DNA of 60,738 nt, filler included. It is 4 parts of 4 records of this genome, joined end to end, with 100 filler letters (N's around TTAATTAATTAA, not from the genome) between each part and the next. Parts side by side here need not be neighbours in the genome. Positions count along the whole stretch, not along the records: positions 1 to 24,396 come from SRR31156797_5366; 3 more parts are not named here. The stretch is one strand, 5' to 3'. The position numbers were made by a program, and so were the translations under genes. Position 1 is the stretch's first letter, and each line of letters begins with the position of its first letter. Shown here one piece after another: positions 8,689-17,101 of this stretch. Below the pieces are notes generated by a model. It was given only the letters and a program-made list of their open reading frames with translations. It did not search any database and was not told the DNA's origin.

Positions 8689-10137
8689 ATGTCAAAATCA
8701 AAACTCAAAATCGTTTTTACAGTTATTTCCATAATTGTATTGGGAACCATCGTTATTTCATGGGCTAATTTCAGCTTTACTACCATGAATAAAATGTTCA
8801 AACCATCAACTACTAATGTTGATGATGATATTCGAAATAAATATTTGAATTATTGTGCCGGTTGTCATGGTGAAAACCTGGAGCGATTTTCAAAAAGTGA
8901 GTGGATGACTGCCGGGGATGATCAAGTGGCCTTTGAGAATATAAAGTTTGGAAAGGAAGATGAGGGTATGCCGGCTTTCGAAAAGACGTTTACCGATGAG
9001 GAAATCATGGCATTGGCCAAATACATTCGACAAGAGGTGCCAAAAGATTTTAAGAAGTTAAAACCTGCTTTTCAGTCAGATAAAGTAATTCAAAGTAAGA
9101 AGCAAAACTTCATGATTGATACAGTTGTGGATGGTCTGGATATTCCCTGGGGAATGGTCTTTCTACCGGATGGTGATATGCTAATCGCTGAACGATCAGG
9201 TATTTTATATCGATTACATGATGGTAAATTAACTGAAATGGAAGGGCTGCCGGATATTTTGCCTAACGGACAAGGTGGTCTATTAGATTTACGATTGCAT
9301 CCTAATTACGAAGAAAACGGTTGGTTTTATTTTGCTTATTCAGATCCATCAGAAGATAACCGAAGAAGTGCAAATACTTCGATTATGCGGGCACGCATTG
9401 ATGGAAATAAGCTCATTGACCAGGAAAAAATATTTGATGGCCAGCCGGATACACGCAAAGCTTTCCATTGGGGGTGTAAGTTGCAGTTTGATAAAGAGGG
9501 TTATTTGTGGTTTGGGATTGGTGATCGCGGTAGTCGCGATGAATATCCTCAGAAACTTGATAATCACAATGGTAAAATTCATCGAATCCATGATGATGGC
9601 CGCATCCCTGAAGATAATCCATTTGTAGACACTGATAAGGCAATGCCATCTATCTATTCTTATGGGCATAGAAATCCACAGGGAACTACCATGCATCCTG
9701 AAACAGGCGATATTTGGGTGACAGAACATGGCCCACGAGGTGGGGATGAGTTGAATTTGATTCGCCCAGGGGTAAATTATGGATGGCCGGTTATATCCTA
9801 TGGCATAAATTACAGCGGAACAAAATTTACCGATCTTACGCATAAAGAAGGTATGGAGCAACCTGTGATTCAATGGACGCCATCCATTGCTCCCTGCGGA
9901 ACCACCTTCGTAACCGGTGATCGCTATCCGGGTTGGAAAAACAATATCTTGATTGGATCGTTACGATTTGAGTACCTTGAACGTGTTGAGCTGAAAGATA
10001 ATAAGGTGGTTGAACAGGAAAAACTCCTTGAGGGTATTGGGCGCGTTCGCAATGTGGAGATGGGCCCCGATGGTTTTATTTATGTAGCAATGGAGAAGCC
10101 TGGGTTCATTGTTAAATTGATGCCGGTGAATGACTAA
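8689..10137 (+). CDS. PQQ-dependent sugar dehydrogenase (GSDH/YliI family) with N-terminal cytochrome c domain
   Basis: CAGCH heme motif and MPAF; IPWGMVFLPDG, GQGGLLD, YSYGHRNPQG, EHGPRGGDE, NYGWP. Confidence 0.92.
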   Translation: MSKSKLKIVFTVISIIVLGTIVISWANFSFTTMNKMFKPSTTNVDDDIRNKYLNYCAGCHGENLERFSKSEWMTAGDDQVAFENIKFGKEDEGMPAFEKTFTDEEIMALAKYIRQEVPKDFKKLKPAFQSDKVIQSKKQNFMIDTVVDGLDIPWGMVFLPDGDMLIAERSGILYRLHDGKLTEMEGLPDILPNGQGGLLDLRLHPNYEENGWFYFAYSDPSEDNRRSANTSIMRARIDGNKLIDQEKIFDGQPDTRKAFHWGCKLQFDKEGYLWFGIGDRGSRDEYPQKLDNHNGKIHRIHDDGRIPEDNPFVDTDKAMPSIYSYGHRNPQGTTMHPETGDIWVTEHGPRGGDELNLIRPGVNYGWPVISYGINYSGTKFTDLTHKEGMEQPVIQWTPSIAPCGTTFVTGDRYPGWKNNILIGSLRFEYLERVELKDNKVVEQEKLLEGIGRVRNVEMGPDGFIYVAMEKPGFIVKLMPVND

Positions 10138-10158
10138 TGCAAAAAGCTAAAATTCAAC

Positions 10159-10218
10159 GTCATTGCGAGGAACCAAACCTCCGAAGTGTAGCGAAGGAGT
10201 TGGTGACGAAGCAATCTC
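10159..10218. repeat. REP-like palindromic element (GTCATTGCGAGG...GACGAAGCAATCTC)
   Basis: ATTGC/GCAAT stem with an internal second hairpin, directly after a stop codon. Confidence 0.6.
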
Positions 10219-10320
10219 GCAATTGAAAATGGATTGAAATTAGCTTAGCAGGGCTCATCTTATCCTGTTTTTTAAATTCATATTATTACTGATATTCGTT
10301 TTTCAAATTCTTGAATTTCT

Positions 10321-12579
10321 ATGTTTAGAAACGAGATTTTTAAAAGACATATTTTTATTCTACTATTTTTTACGTTGTTTAGCTCTCAGAGTTATTCCCA
10401 GCTAACATTTGAAATACGTGATGGTCAAAGTGATGAGTTATTGCAAGGGGTTTCCATTGGAGGTGTAGACAGATACGATATACTAGATAATGGTTTGGTG
10501 AAAATTACCAGATCAGCTTACTCACAGGCTGATAGCATTGTTATTTTTCTTCATGGTTATGAAGAAAAAATACTTTACTCCTCATTCTCAAGTTCATATC
10601 AGGTTGTGTATTTGCAACGTTTAAGTCAAAATCTGGATGAGGTGGTTATTACAGTTGATCAATCGGCCAGCGTACTGCGAAAATCTCCTTCTTCCATTGC
10701 ATATCGTTCAAGCAATGAATTGTTAGCCCATCAGGAGCCGGTGTTAAGTAGTCAAATGAATACTTTACCAGGTGTTTACATGCAATCAGGAACCAACAAT
10801 ACCAATCGATTGACCATACGTGGAGTGGGCTCACGCACACCTTATTCTTCCAACCGTATAAAAGCCTTTTTGGGTGATTTCCCTTTGACTGATGGTAATG
10901 GGGTAACGGTATTGGAAGATTTACCTCCCGGTATCATTGAATCAGTTGAGGTGTTGAAAGGTCCGGCAGCAACACTTTATGGCTCCGGTCCGGGAGGAGT
11001 GGTGAAAGTTAATCCACGTAGCTTCGATAACCATTTACCAGGAACACATTTTAACATGCAAGCAGGCAGTTTTGGACAATTGATGTTTGGAGCAGGAGGT
11101 ACGGCCAAAAGAGAAAACTTTGCAGCTCAGGGTTATTTATCTATATTCCAAAGCAATGGTTTCAGAGAAAACAACCGCTATGAGAGACAATCTTTCTATT
11201 TTAATGCGAGACAAAAACTATCCAATCACACGTTATCCGTAATGGTTTTGTATACAGGTATTTATGGCCAAATACCTAGTTCGCTGAGTCTTGAGGATTA
11301 CTTGCAAAATCCGCAAAATGCAGCACAAAACTGGAAAGAGGTCGAAGGATTTGAAGAATACGATCGAATGGGTATGAACTTTAGTATTCGGTCCCTTTGG
11401 GGAGGGCATATAAGTAATAACTTCAATGTGAATTTCCGATATAGCGACCCCTATGAAAAACGGCCTTTTAATATTTTGGATGAAACAACCCATGCAACAG
11501 AGATCAACAATAGGTTTAAATATTTTATGGGAGATTTTCAGTTTACTTTGATTGGCCGGTTATTGAGGGAAAATTATCAATGGGCTACTTTCGAAGTTGA
11601 TGAGCCTGGGAATCTGATTAATGAAATGACAGACCGCAAAATGCATTTCAATGGAGGATTATTGGCGCAGTGGCAACCAACAGGGAATTTTTTAGCTAAA
11701 GCAGGTTTGAGTTACAATGATGTACGTTATCAAATAAACGATCTTCAGGTTGAAGATGCCGAGTATGAAAAGTATCGTTTTGACCCGGTATGGTCACCTT
11801 CAGTTGGTGTTAATTATGAGCCATTAGAAAAACTCAACATATTTGCATCAGTTACGCATGGTTTCTCTCCACCATCTTTGGAAGAAACATTAATGCCTGA
11901 TGGACTGGTAAATACCGATTTGCAACCCGAGAAAGCGTTAATGGCTGAGATAGGTGTGCGCTGGAGTAAAAGTGAATGGTTACAAACGAGCTTGGCAGTT
12001 TATGCTATGGAAATGAAAGATATGCTGGTTACGCGCCGATTGGCTGAAGATCAGTTTATGGGTGTGAATGCCGGGAAGGTGCATTACACAGGTGTTGAAG
12101 CTGAAATTACTATTCGACCATTAAAATTATTAGCCCTACAAAAAGTGGATGCAGTTATTCATTCCTCAATTGCACATTCTGTAAATCGCTTTGTGGAATT
12201 TACTGATCTTGAAATAAATTATGATGGTAATCATTTGCCCGGTATCCCTGAATATCATTGGCACAATGCAATAAGCCTGAAATATCAGGAAAAATATTCA
12301 CTTCATTTGGATCACAGCATTACGGGTCGTCAGTACATGACTGACGATAATACATTGACTTATAAAGGGCATCAAATTACGAATCTATCAGCAAGTGCTC
12401 GTATAGGGAAATTGAATAAACCTCATATCGACTTTTCTACAGGAGTTCGCAACCTTTTTGACATTCACTATGCTTCAATGATATTGATTAATGCACCCTC
12501 ATTTGGCGGAAGTGCTCCAAGGTATTATTATCCCGGTTTGCCGAGGAGTTTTTATGTGGCGGTTCAGTTTAATCTGTGA
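10321..12579 (+). CDS. TonB-dependent receptor
   Basis: Plug motifs (LPGVYM..LTIRG; IESVEVLKGPAATLYG); GVRNLFD; C-terminal PRSFYVAVQFNL. Confidence 0.92.
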   Translation: MFRNEIFKRHIFILLFFTLFSSQSYSQLTFEIRDGQSDELLQGVSIGGVDRYDILDNGLVKITRSAYSQADSIVIFLHGYEEKILYSSFSSSYQVVYLQRLSQNLDEVVITVDQSASVLRKSPSSIAYRSSNELLAHQEPVLSSQMNTLPGVYMQSGTNNTNRLTIRGVGSRTPYSSNRIKAFLGDFPLTDGNGVTVLEDLPPGIIESVEVLKGPAATLYGSGPGGVVKVNPRSFDNHLPGTHFNMQAGSFGQLMFGAGGTAKRENFAAQGYLSIFQSNGFRENNRYERQSFYFNARQKLSNHTLSVMVLYTGIYGQIPSSLSLEDYLQNPQNAAQNWKEVEGFEEYDRMGMNFSIRSLWGGHISNNFNVNFRYSDPYEKRPFNILDETTHATEINNRFKYFMGDFQFTLIGRLLRENYQWATFEVDEPGNLINEMTDRKMHFNGGLLAQWQPTGNFLAKAGLSYNDVRYQINDLQVEDAEYEKYRFDPVWSPSVGVNYEPLEKLNIFASVTHGFSPPSLEETLMPDGLVNTDLQPEKALMAEIGVRWSKSEWLQTSLAVYAMEMKDMLVTRRLAEDQFMGVNAGKVHYTGVEAEITIRPLKLLALQKVDAVIHSSIAHSVNRFVEFTDLEINYDGNHLPGIPEYHWHNAISLKYQEKYSLHLDHSITGRQYMTDDNTLTYKGHQITNLSASARIGKLNKPHIDFSTGVRNLFDIHYASMILINAPSFGGSAPRYYYPGLPRSFYVAVQFNL

Positions 12580-12588
12580 ATGAATAAT

Positions 12589-12680
12589 GTTTCAAGTTTC
12601 AAGTTTCAGGTTTTATGTTAAGTGGCTCTATGCTAACTTGAAACATTTTAACCTGAAACTTGAAACCAAATACCTGAAAA
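12589..12680. repeat. Inverted arrays of 7-nt repeats (GTTTCAR / AACYTGA) between convergent genes
   Basis: gtttcaa-gtttcaa-gtttcag ... aacctga-aacttga-aaccaaa-tacctga. Confidence 0.75.
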
Positions 12681-13547
12681 CTAATTAACAGGTGTAACTT
12701 TAAAACCTTTATTCTTCAACAACTGAATTACACCTTTTTCGCCACCTAAATGCCCGGCTCCAACTGCAAAGAAAGAGCTTTTATTTGTGGCAAAGTTTTT
12801 CATCGGCTCTATCCAATTGGCGTTGCGATTATGAAGCATAAGCTCTAATTCTTTTTCTGATTCATAATACTCAAGAAACATATCGTAAAGCCCATTCATA
12901 TCTTGATCTTTATAGAGTTTGATCATTTGGGCAAAGATTTCCATAGCTTTTGCTTTATCTTCAACAAGATCAGTTAACTCATCGGCTTGCTGTTGATAAG
13001 GTATTTCATCGAATATGTTCATCTGGTCCGCTACTTTTTCCAGACCTAAAATTTCTTTTTGCTGCTGCTTGGCCATTTGAACAAACGTACCTTCATAACT
13101 GGCGATTTTTCCTTCAATCATGGTTGGAATAAGCATGGATGCTACAAAAAATGGTTTCACTTTATCAAATGCTACAATGCTTGCTCCCATAGTAGCTTTC
13201 ATAATGGAATCCAGTTTGATATAAGTGTCTTTCTCAATCATGCTTTTAAGAGAGTTTCCCTCTTTCATAGACATGTTTTGCATTAACTGCATTTGCATTT
13301 GAGGATCATCCATATCAAGTTCCATAATGATTTGCTCTGATGTTTGAATGGCATTTTTAACAGCATCACTTATGTGAAAATCACTTTCAGGAAGCAAATG
13401 GAATGTGCCATAGACATAAGATGTTTTTATGCTGTTTCCTTCAATTTTCCATAGTAGTGAGTTTTCATTTTCATTGTTTTCTGCTGAGGCAATTGTACCA
13501 GCTAATATGCCCAATACAACTCCGATTACAATAATAAATGGTTTCAT
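12681..13547 (-). CDS. TraB/GumN family protein, exported
   Basis: SLLWKIEG..SYVYGTFH; GLE; RNANW; FFAVGAGHLGG; signal peptide. Confidence 0.9.
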   Translation of the reverse strand: MKPFIIVIGVVLGILAGTIASAENNENENSLLWKIEGNSIKTSYVYGTFHLLPESDFHISDAVKNAIQTSEQIIMELDMDDPQMQMQLMQNMSMKEGNSLKSMIEKDTYIKLDSIMKATMGASIVAFDKVKPFFVASMLIPTMIEGKIASYEGTFVQMAKQQQKEILGLEKVADQMNIFDEIPYQQQADELTDLVEDKAKAMEIFAQMIKLYKDQDMNGLYDMFLEYYESEKELELMLHNRNANWIEPMKNFATNKSSFFAVGAGHLGGEKGVIQLLKNKGFKVTPVN

Positions 13548-13591
13548 GTTTTTTAATTTTTAAGGGTTAAATGTTCGTTTTTCAACTTATT

Positions 13592-13617
13592 AGTATCGAA
13601 TTAAAAATAATATTACA
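13592..13617 (-). promoter_or_regulatory. Candidate ECF promoter for the TraB/GumN gene
   Basis: TGTAAT-N14-GATACT on the minus strand; same motif and spacing as upstream of the ECF gene. Confidence 0.65.
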
Positions 13618-13799
13618 CTTTTCGACAAATTTTTTTTATTCCTAATTTTTACGGGCAACATTCAAAGCTTTAGTTTAATAAATTGGTTGATTTGGTATAA
13701 TAGATTTATAGAATAAAAATATTCCTTTGCATATAATGAGCTTTTATTCAGCGGAAAACTTTATTTGTTATGAATAACTGTTAATTTTTTCACAAAAAA

Positions 13800-13825
13800 T
13801 GTAATAAATTTCAGAAACGGATACT
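13800..13825 (+). promoter_or_regulatory. Candidate autoregulatory ECF promoter
   Basis: TGTAAT-N14-GATACT ending 11 nt before the sigma ATG. Confidence 0.65.
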
Positions 13826-13836
13826 TATCTATTAGA

Positions 13837-14340
13837 ATGGAAGATTTTAAATCGATCATAGATGCACATCACCCTATTTTGTATAAGATAGGGCGGGCCT
13901 ATGCTACACCGGATGATTTTGACGACCTGTACCAGGAGATGCTGATTAATCTTTGGAAGGGCTTGAAGTCATTTAAGGGACAATCGAAGATAAGTACATG
14001 GGTTTACCGTGTGGTGCTGAACACGGCATTGACATACCAACGTAACAATAAGAAAAAGAAGCATTCGCAGGTTGAAATAGATAATGTCCAAATTGCATCA
14101 GACGGATATAGCACAGCAGAAGCAGAGAATTTGGAAGACGATATTCAACTGTTATACAAAGCCATACGAATGCTGAAAAAGGAAGATAGGTCAGTCATAC
14201 TATTGTATCTGGAAGAAAACAGTTACGAGGAGATTGGAGAAATTCTGGGGATTAAACCCGGAAATGTGGGTGTGAAAATTAACCGGATCAAGAAAAGGCT
14301 GCAGGAACATTTAACCAGTTTGAATTATGAAAGAGCATAA
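13837..14340 (+). CDS. ECF sigma-70 factor
   Basis: DDLYQEMLINLWKGLKSFKGQSKISTWVYRV; SYEEIGEILGIKPGNVGVKINRIK. Confidence 0.93.
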   Translation: MEDFKSIIDAHHPILYKIGRAYATPDDFDDLYQEMLINLWKGLKSFKGQSKISTWVYRVVLNTALTYQRNNKKKKHSQVEIDNVQIASDGYSTAEAENLEDDIQLLYKAIRMLKKEDRSVILLYLEENSYEEIGEILGIKPGNVGVKINRIKKRLQEHLTSLNYERA

Positions 14341-14920
14341 TATAGAATCACTTTGGAAATCATCGAACCAAAAGGCCTCCGATTATTACAAATCGATAGA
14401 GGATGAGGTTTTGCAAAAAGCGAAAAAAGAGTCGAATGGGCTATTTGCTAAGATTCGTCGCAATGTGATTATAGAGTTAATCTCATCTGTGATTGTAGCT
14501 TTTGGATTCCCATTTTTATTTAGAGATGATAAGACCGCATTTATTGTCATCAGTATTTTTATGATGATATTGCTAGTATTTACCTTTATCTTTTACCTGA
14601 ATTACCTTCATCGAATAAAAAATGTTCATGAGCCAGATATTTTAAGTGCTCTAAAATTGAAAGAAAATATTTTAGCAGCCTATATTAAGAAAATGAAGCT
14701 TTTTCTATATGTATCAGTTGCTATTGGGTTCTCTGTAGGTGCATTGACCGGTAAAGGAGATTTTGTCCTTTGGGATATCAAAAATCTGATATTGCTGGGC
14801 GTAGGGATTCCTATTATTTTACTCTTTATCTGGTTAGGCAAAAAATACATTTGGGCACTCTACCAAAAACACCTCGATAAGCTCAGAGATTGCATTAAAG
14901 GTTTGGAAGAAGATAATTAG
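14327..14920 (+). CDS. Four-TM putative anti-sigma factor
   Basis: Overlaps the ECF stop; short N-terminal IESLWK segment then four hydrophobic helices. Confidence 0.7.
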   Translation: MKEHNIESLWKSSNQKASDYYKSIEDEVLQKAKKESNGLFAKIRRNVIIELISSVIVAFGFPFLFRDDKTAFIVISIFMMILLVFTFIFYLNYLHRIKNVHEPDILSALKLKENILAAYIKKMKLFLYVSVAIGFSVGALTGKGDFVLWDIKNLILLGVGIPIILLFIWLGKKYIWALYQKHLDKLRDCIKGLEEDN

Positions 14921-14969
14921 TTTCAAGTTAAAAAGTTTCAGGTTTCAAGTTGAGCAAACCTGAAACGGA

Positions 14970-15812
14970 TCAAAACTTTATTTTTTTATTACGATCTTTT
15001 CCCAGTTGTGTCTTGAAATATTCTCTAAACTCTTTCTTTTCATCTTTACTAATACAACATTGATGCTTCCCTATAGGACTAATACGTATCTTTTTAAGAT
15101 TTGGATTATTGTCAATTATTGTTTTTAGTTTTTGTAATTCATTTGAGTCGTAATAATCTATAAGATTAAAATTATTCTTCTTGCACCTTGGTATGCTTCC
15201 CGCGCAACTTAAATCTAAATTTTTTAGATTATTCAATTTAGTTAAACCTATAGGTATACTCGTTAATAAATTACTGTTAAGATAGACAACCATAAGATTT
15301 TTCAATTTGCCAACTCCTTCTGAAATATATGATAAATTACCTGCATCAACATTCAAAACCACAAGTTTATCGTTTTTCGCAATTTCATCACCAATAGAAT
15401 CAATAGCAGTGCATATTAAATTTATACTTTCTAATTCTGGAAGTACTGAAAATGATTTAAAGGCATTGCCGAGTTTGGAACATTCTATTTTTATTTCTCT
15501 TAATTCTTTTAATTCTTTTAATAAAACTGTATCAAATATAATATGTGAGCCATGTTCATCATATTTATATTTTCCAGTAATTTCGACTTCAAGTATATTT
15601 GAAAAATCCTTTATCTGATCATTAGGAAATACGAAAACACTATCAAGAACGCTAACAATAAGTCTTTTACCGTTTTTCCTATTCTTACCGGAATCATCCA
15701 AATATACATAAGTGTGTTCATAAAAATATCTCGCTGCTTTCTGAGCTTTTACAATAGAAATAGTAAGCAAAAATAAAAGGATTAAAAAGGAATACCTGAC
15801 CATGTTATTCAT
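14970..15812 (-). CDS. Secreted leucine-rich repeat protein
   Basis: Signal peptide; LxxLxLxxN-type repeats (LKNLMVVYLNSNLLTSIP, LNNLKNLDLS); very AT-rich. Confidence 0.8.
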   Translation of the reverse strand: MNNMVRYSFLILLFLLTISIVKAQKAARYFYEHTYVYLDDSGKNRKNGKRLIVSVLDSVFVFPNDQIKDFSNILEVEITGKYKYDEHGSHIIFDTVLLKELKELREIKIECSKLGNAFKSFSVLPELESINLICTAIDSIGDEIAKNDKLVVLNVDAGNLSYISEGVGKLKNLMVVYLNSNLLTSIPIGLTKLNNLKNLDLSCAGSIPRCKKNNFNLIDYYDSNELQKLKTIIDNNPNLKKIRISPIGKHQCCISKDEKKEFREYFKTQLGKDRNKKIKF

Positions 15813-15884
15813 AGCTTAATTATTTAAAAATTCTCTGTAAAGAAAATATATTTCTGAAAAAACTCCTATTTAAAGAATCATCAA

Positions 15885-15917
15885 TAAACGGGATAAGACT
15901 TTACAAATCTTATCCCG
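15885..15917 (-). terminator. Terminator-like hairpin
   Basis: CGGGATAAGA/TCTTATCCCG 10-bp stem, followed by TTTATT on the minus strand. Confidence 0.6.
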
Positions 15918-15944
15918 AGGGTGTATGAAATCTTAGATTAATAC

Positions 15945-16013
15945 TTACTCTACATATTCAACAGCGTAATTCACCAATAGAACACGTTCTACTATAATGA
16001 TAATGTTTTCAGT
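15945..16013 (-). pseudogene. Diverged copy of the last 23 codons of the adjacent lipoprotein gene
   Basis: Reads TENIIIIVERVLLVNYAVEYVE* versus AEAANILAQSVMLVNCPVVYVE*; ungapped, 27/33 nt identical at the 3' end (hand count). Confidence 0.7.
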
Positions 16014-16098
16014 TTATTCTTCCTGATTCAAGATGAGCAATCTGAAACTTGAACCGAATCGATGTTAATCGATGAGTTCAGCGACAAAGGAGCTAAAC

Positions 16099-17043
16099 CT
16101 ACTCAACATAAACAACAGGGCAATTCACCAACATCACGCTTTGTGCTAATATATTGGCTGCTTCGGCTGATGCTAAATCTGTTACATTATCAAAATCAGC
16201 ATTATCATAAACATTTACAGACCATAGCGGGGAATAATCATCATCTGCAGGAATGGTAGCTATCACGTTATGTGTTTGCACGCTGCCGGGCTCTGTTACA
16301 AAACCTGATGGTGGTCCACTATTGGGGTTATTCTCGTCAGGGTTTATATTGAAAGTTACATAGATGGGTGAAATAGGCATATTTCCACTAATATTTGTCG
16401 ATAATACCTTTTCCTCGAAGGTAAAGTAGTAAACGATTTTATTTTTATACCATCCACGGTCGAGTTCGTTATTTTCATCTGTATATCGCAGCGCAGCAGT
16501 GCTTCCTTTGGGTGCTACCGGACAATTGATTACATAACTTGTTTCTGTAAGATCATAACCTTTATCTAATATTTCAACAAGGCTTGTAACCGTATTGGCC
16601 ACATAGTCTGCCGGAACAGTTACCTCATACATTTGCCAAAAGTCACTATATCCAACATCTCCCGGAATTACATTGATAATGTTTAATTGATTTTCTACTG
16701 GAGTTGTTTCTCCTTCTCTAAATAGCACATAGATTGGAGCAGGGGCTAATGGCATTACATCAAAATCGTAGTACTTTGCAACTTGACCATCAGGGCCTAG
16801 TCCTTGTGCAAGAAACAGGTTGTCGAAGTTAATAGGTTCATTGGGTCCGGGTAAGTCCGGGTTCGAACTACGCAAATGTAATGTTCCCGCCTCGTCACTA
16901 AAGCGATCAACGCTAACTTCCTCGGCTGTGTCAGGATCAAGTGGTCCTGTGTTATTATCTGAATCATCGTCCTTTTTGCAAGCAGTAAATGAAATTAGGC
17001 TTGCAGATAACAACAATAAGAATATGTTACTAAAGTACTTCAT
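16099..17043 (-). CDS. Lipoprotein with internally repeated domain
   Basis: Lipobox FTAC; repeats VIPGDVGYSDFW...NCPV and TIPADDDYSPLW...NCPV; ATG at 17043 preferred over TTG at 17049. Confidence 0.8.
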   Translation of the reverse strand: MKYFSNIFLLLLSASLISFTACKKDDDSDNNTGPLDPDTAEEVSVDRFSDEAGTLHLRSSNPDLPGPNEPINFDNLFLAQGLGPDGQVAKYYDFDVMPLAPAPIYVLFREGETTPVENQLNIINVIPGDVGYSDFWQMYEVTVPADYVANTVTSLVEILDKGYDLTETSYVINCPVAPKGSTAALRYTDENNELDRGWYKNKIVYYFTFEEKVLSTNISGNMPISPIYVTFNINPDENNPNSGPPSGFVTEPGSVQTHNVIATIPADDDYSPLWSVNVYDNADFDNVTDLASAEAANILAQSVMLVNCPVVYVE

Positions 17044-17101
17044 AGTCAAAGGTTTATTTGTATAACAAAAGGATGTGTCGAAATGTTTAGGAGCTCGATA
17101 T

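Noticed and set aside
12589-12680. CRISPR array
   Set aside because: 7-nt tandem units without spacers; no cas genes and no regularly spaced longer repeats seen in the window
15945-16167. Diversity-generating retroelement TR/VR pair
   Set aside because: No reverse transcriptase or Avd gene in the contig, the repeat is short, and many mismatches are not at A; kept only as a duplication scar
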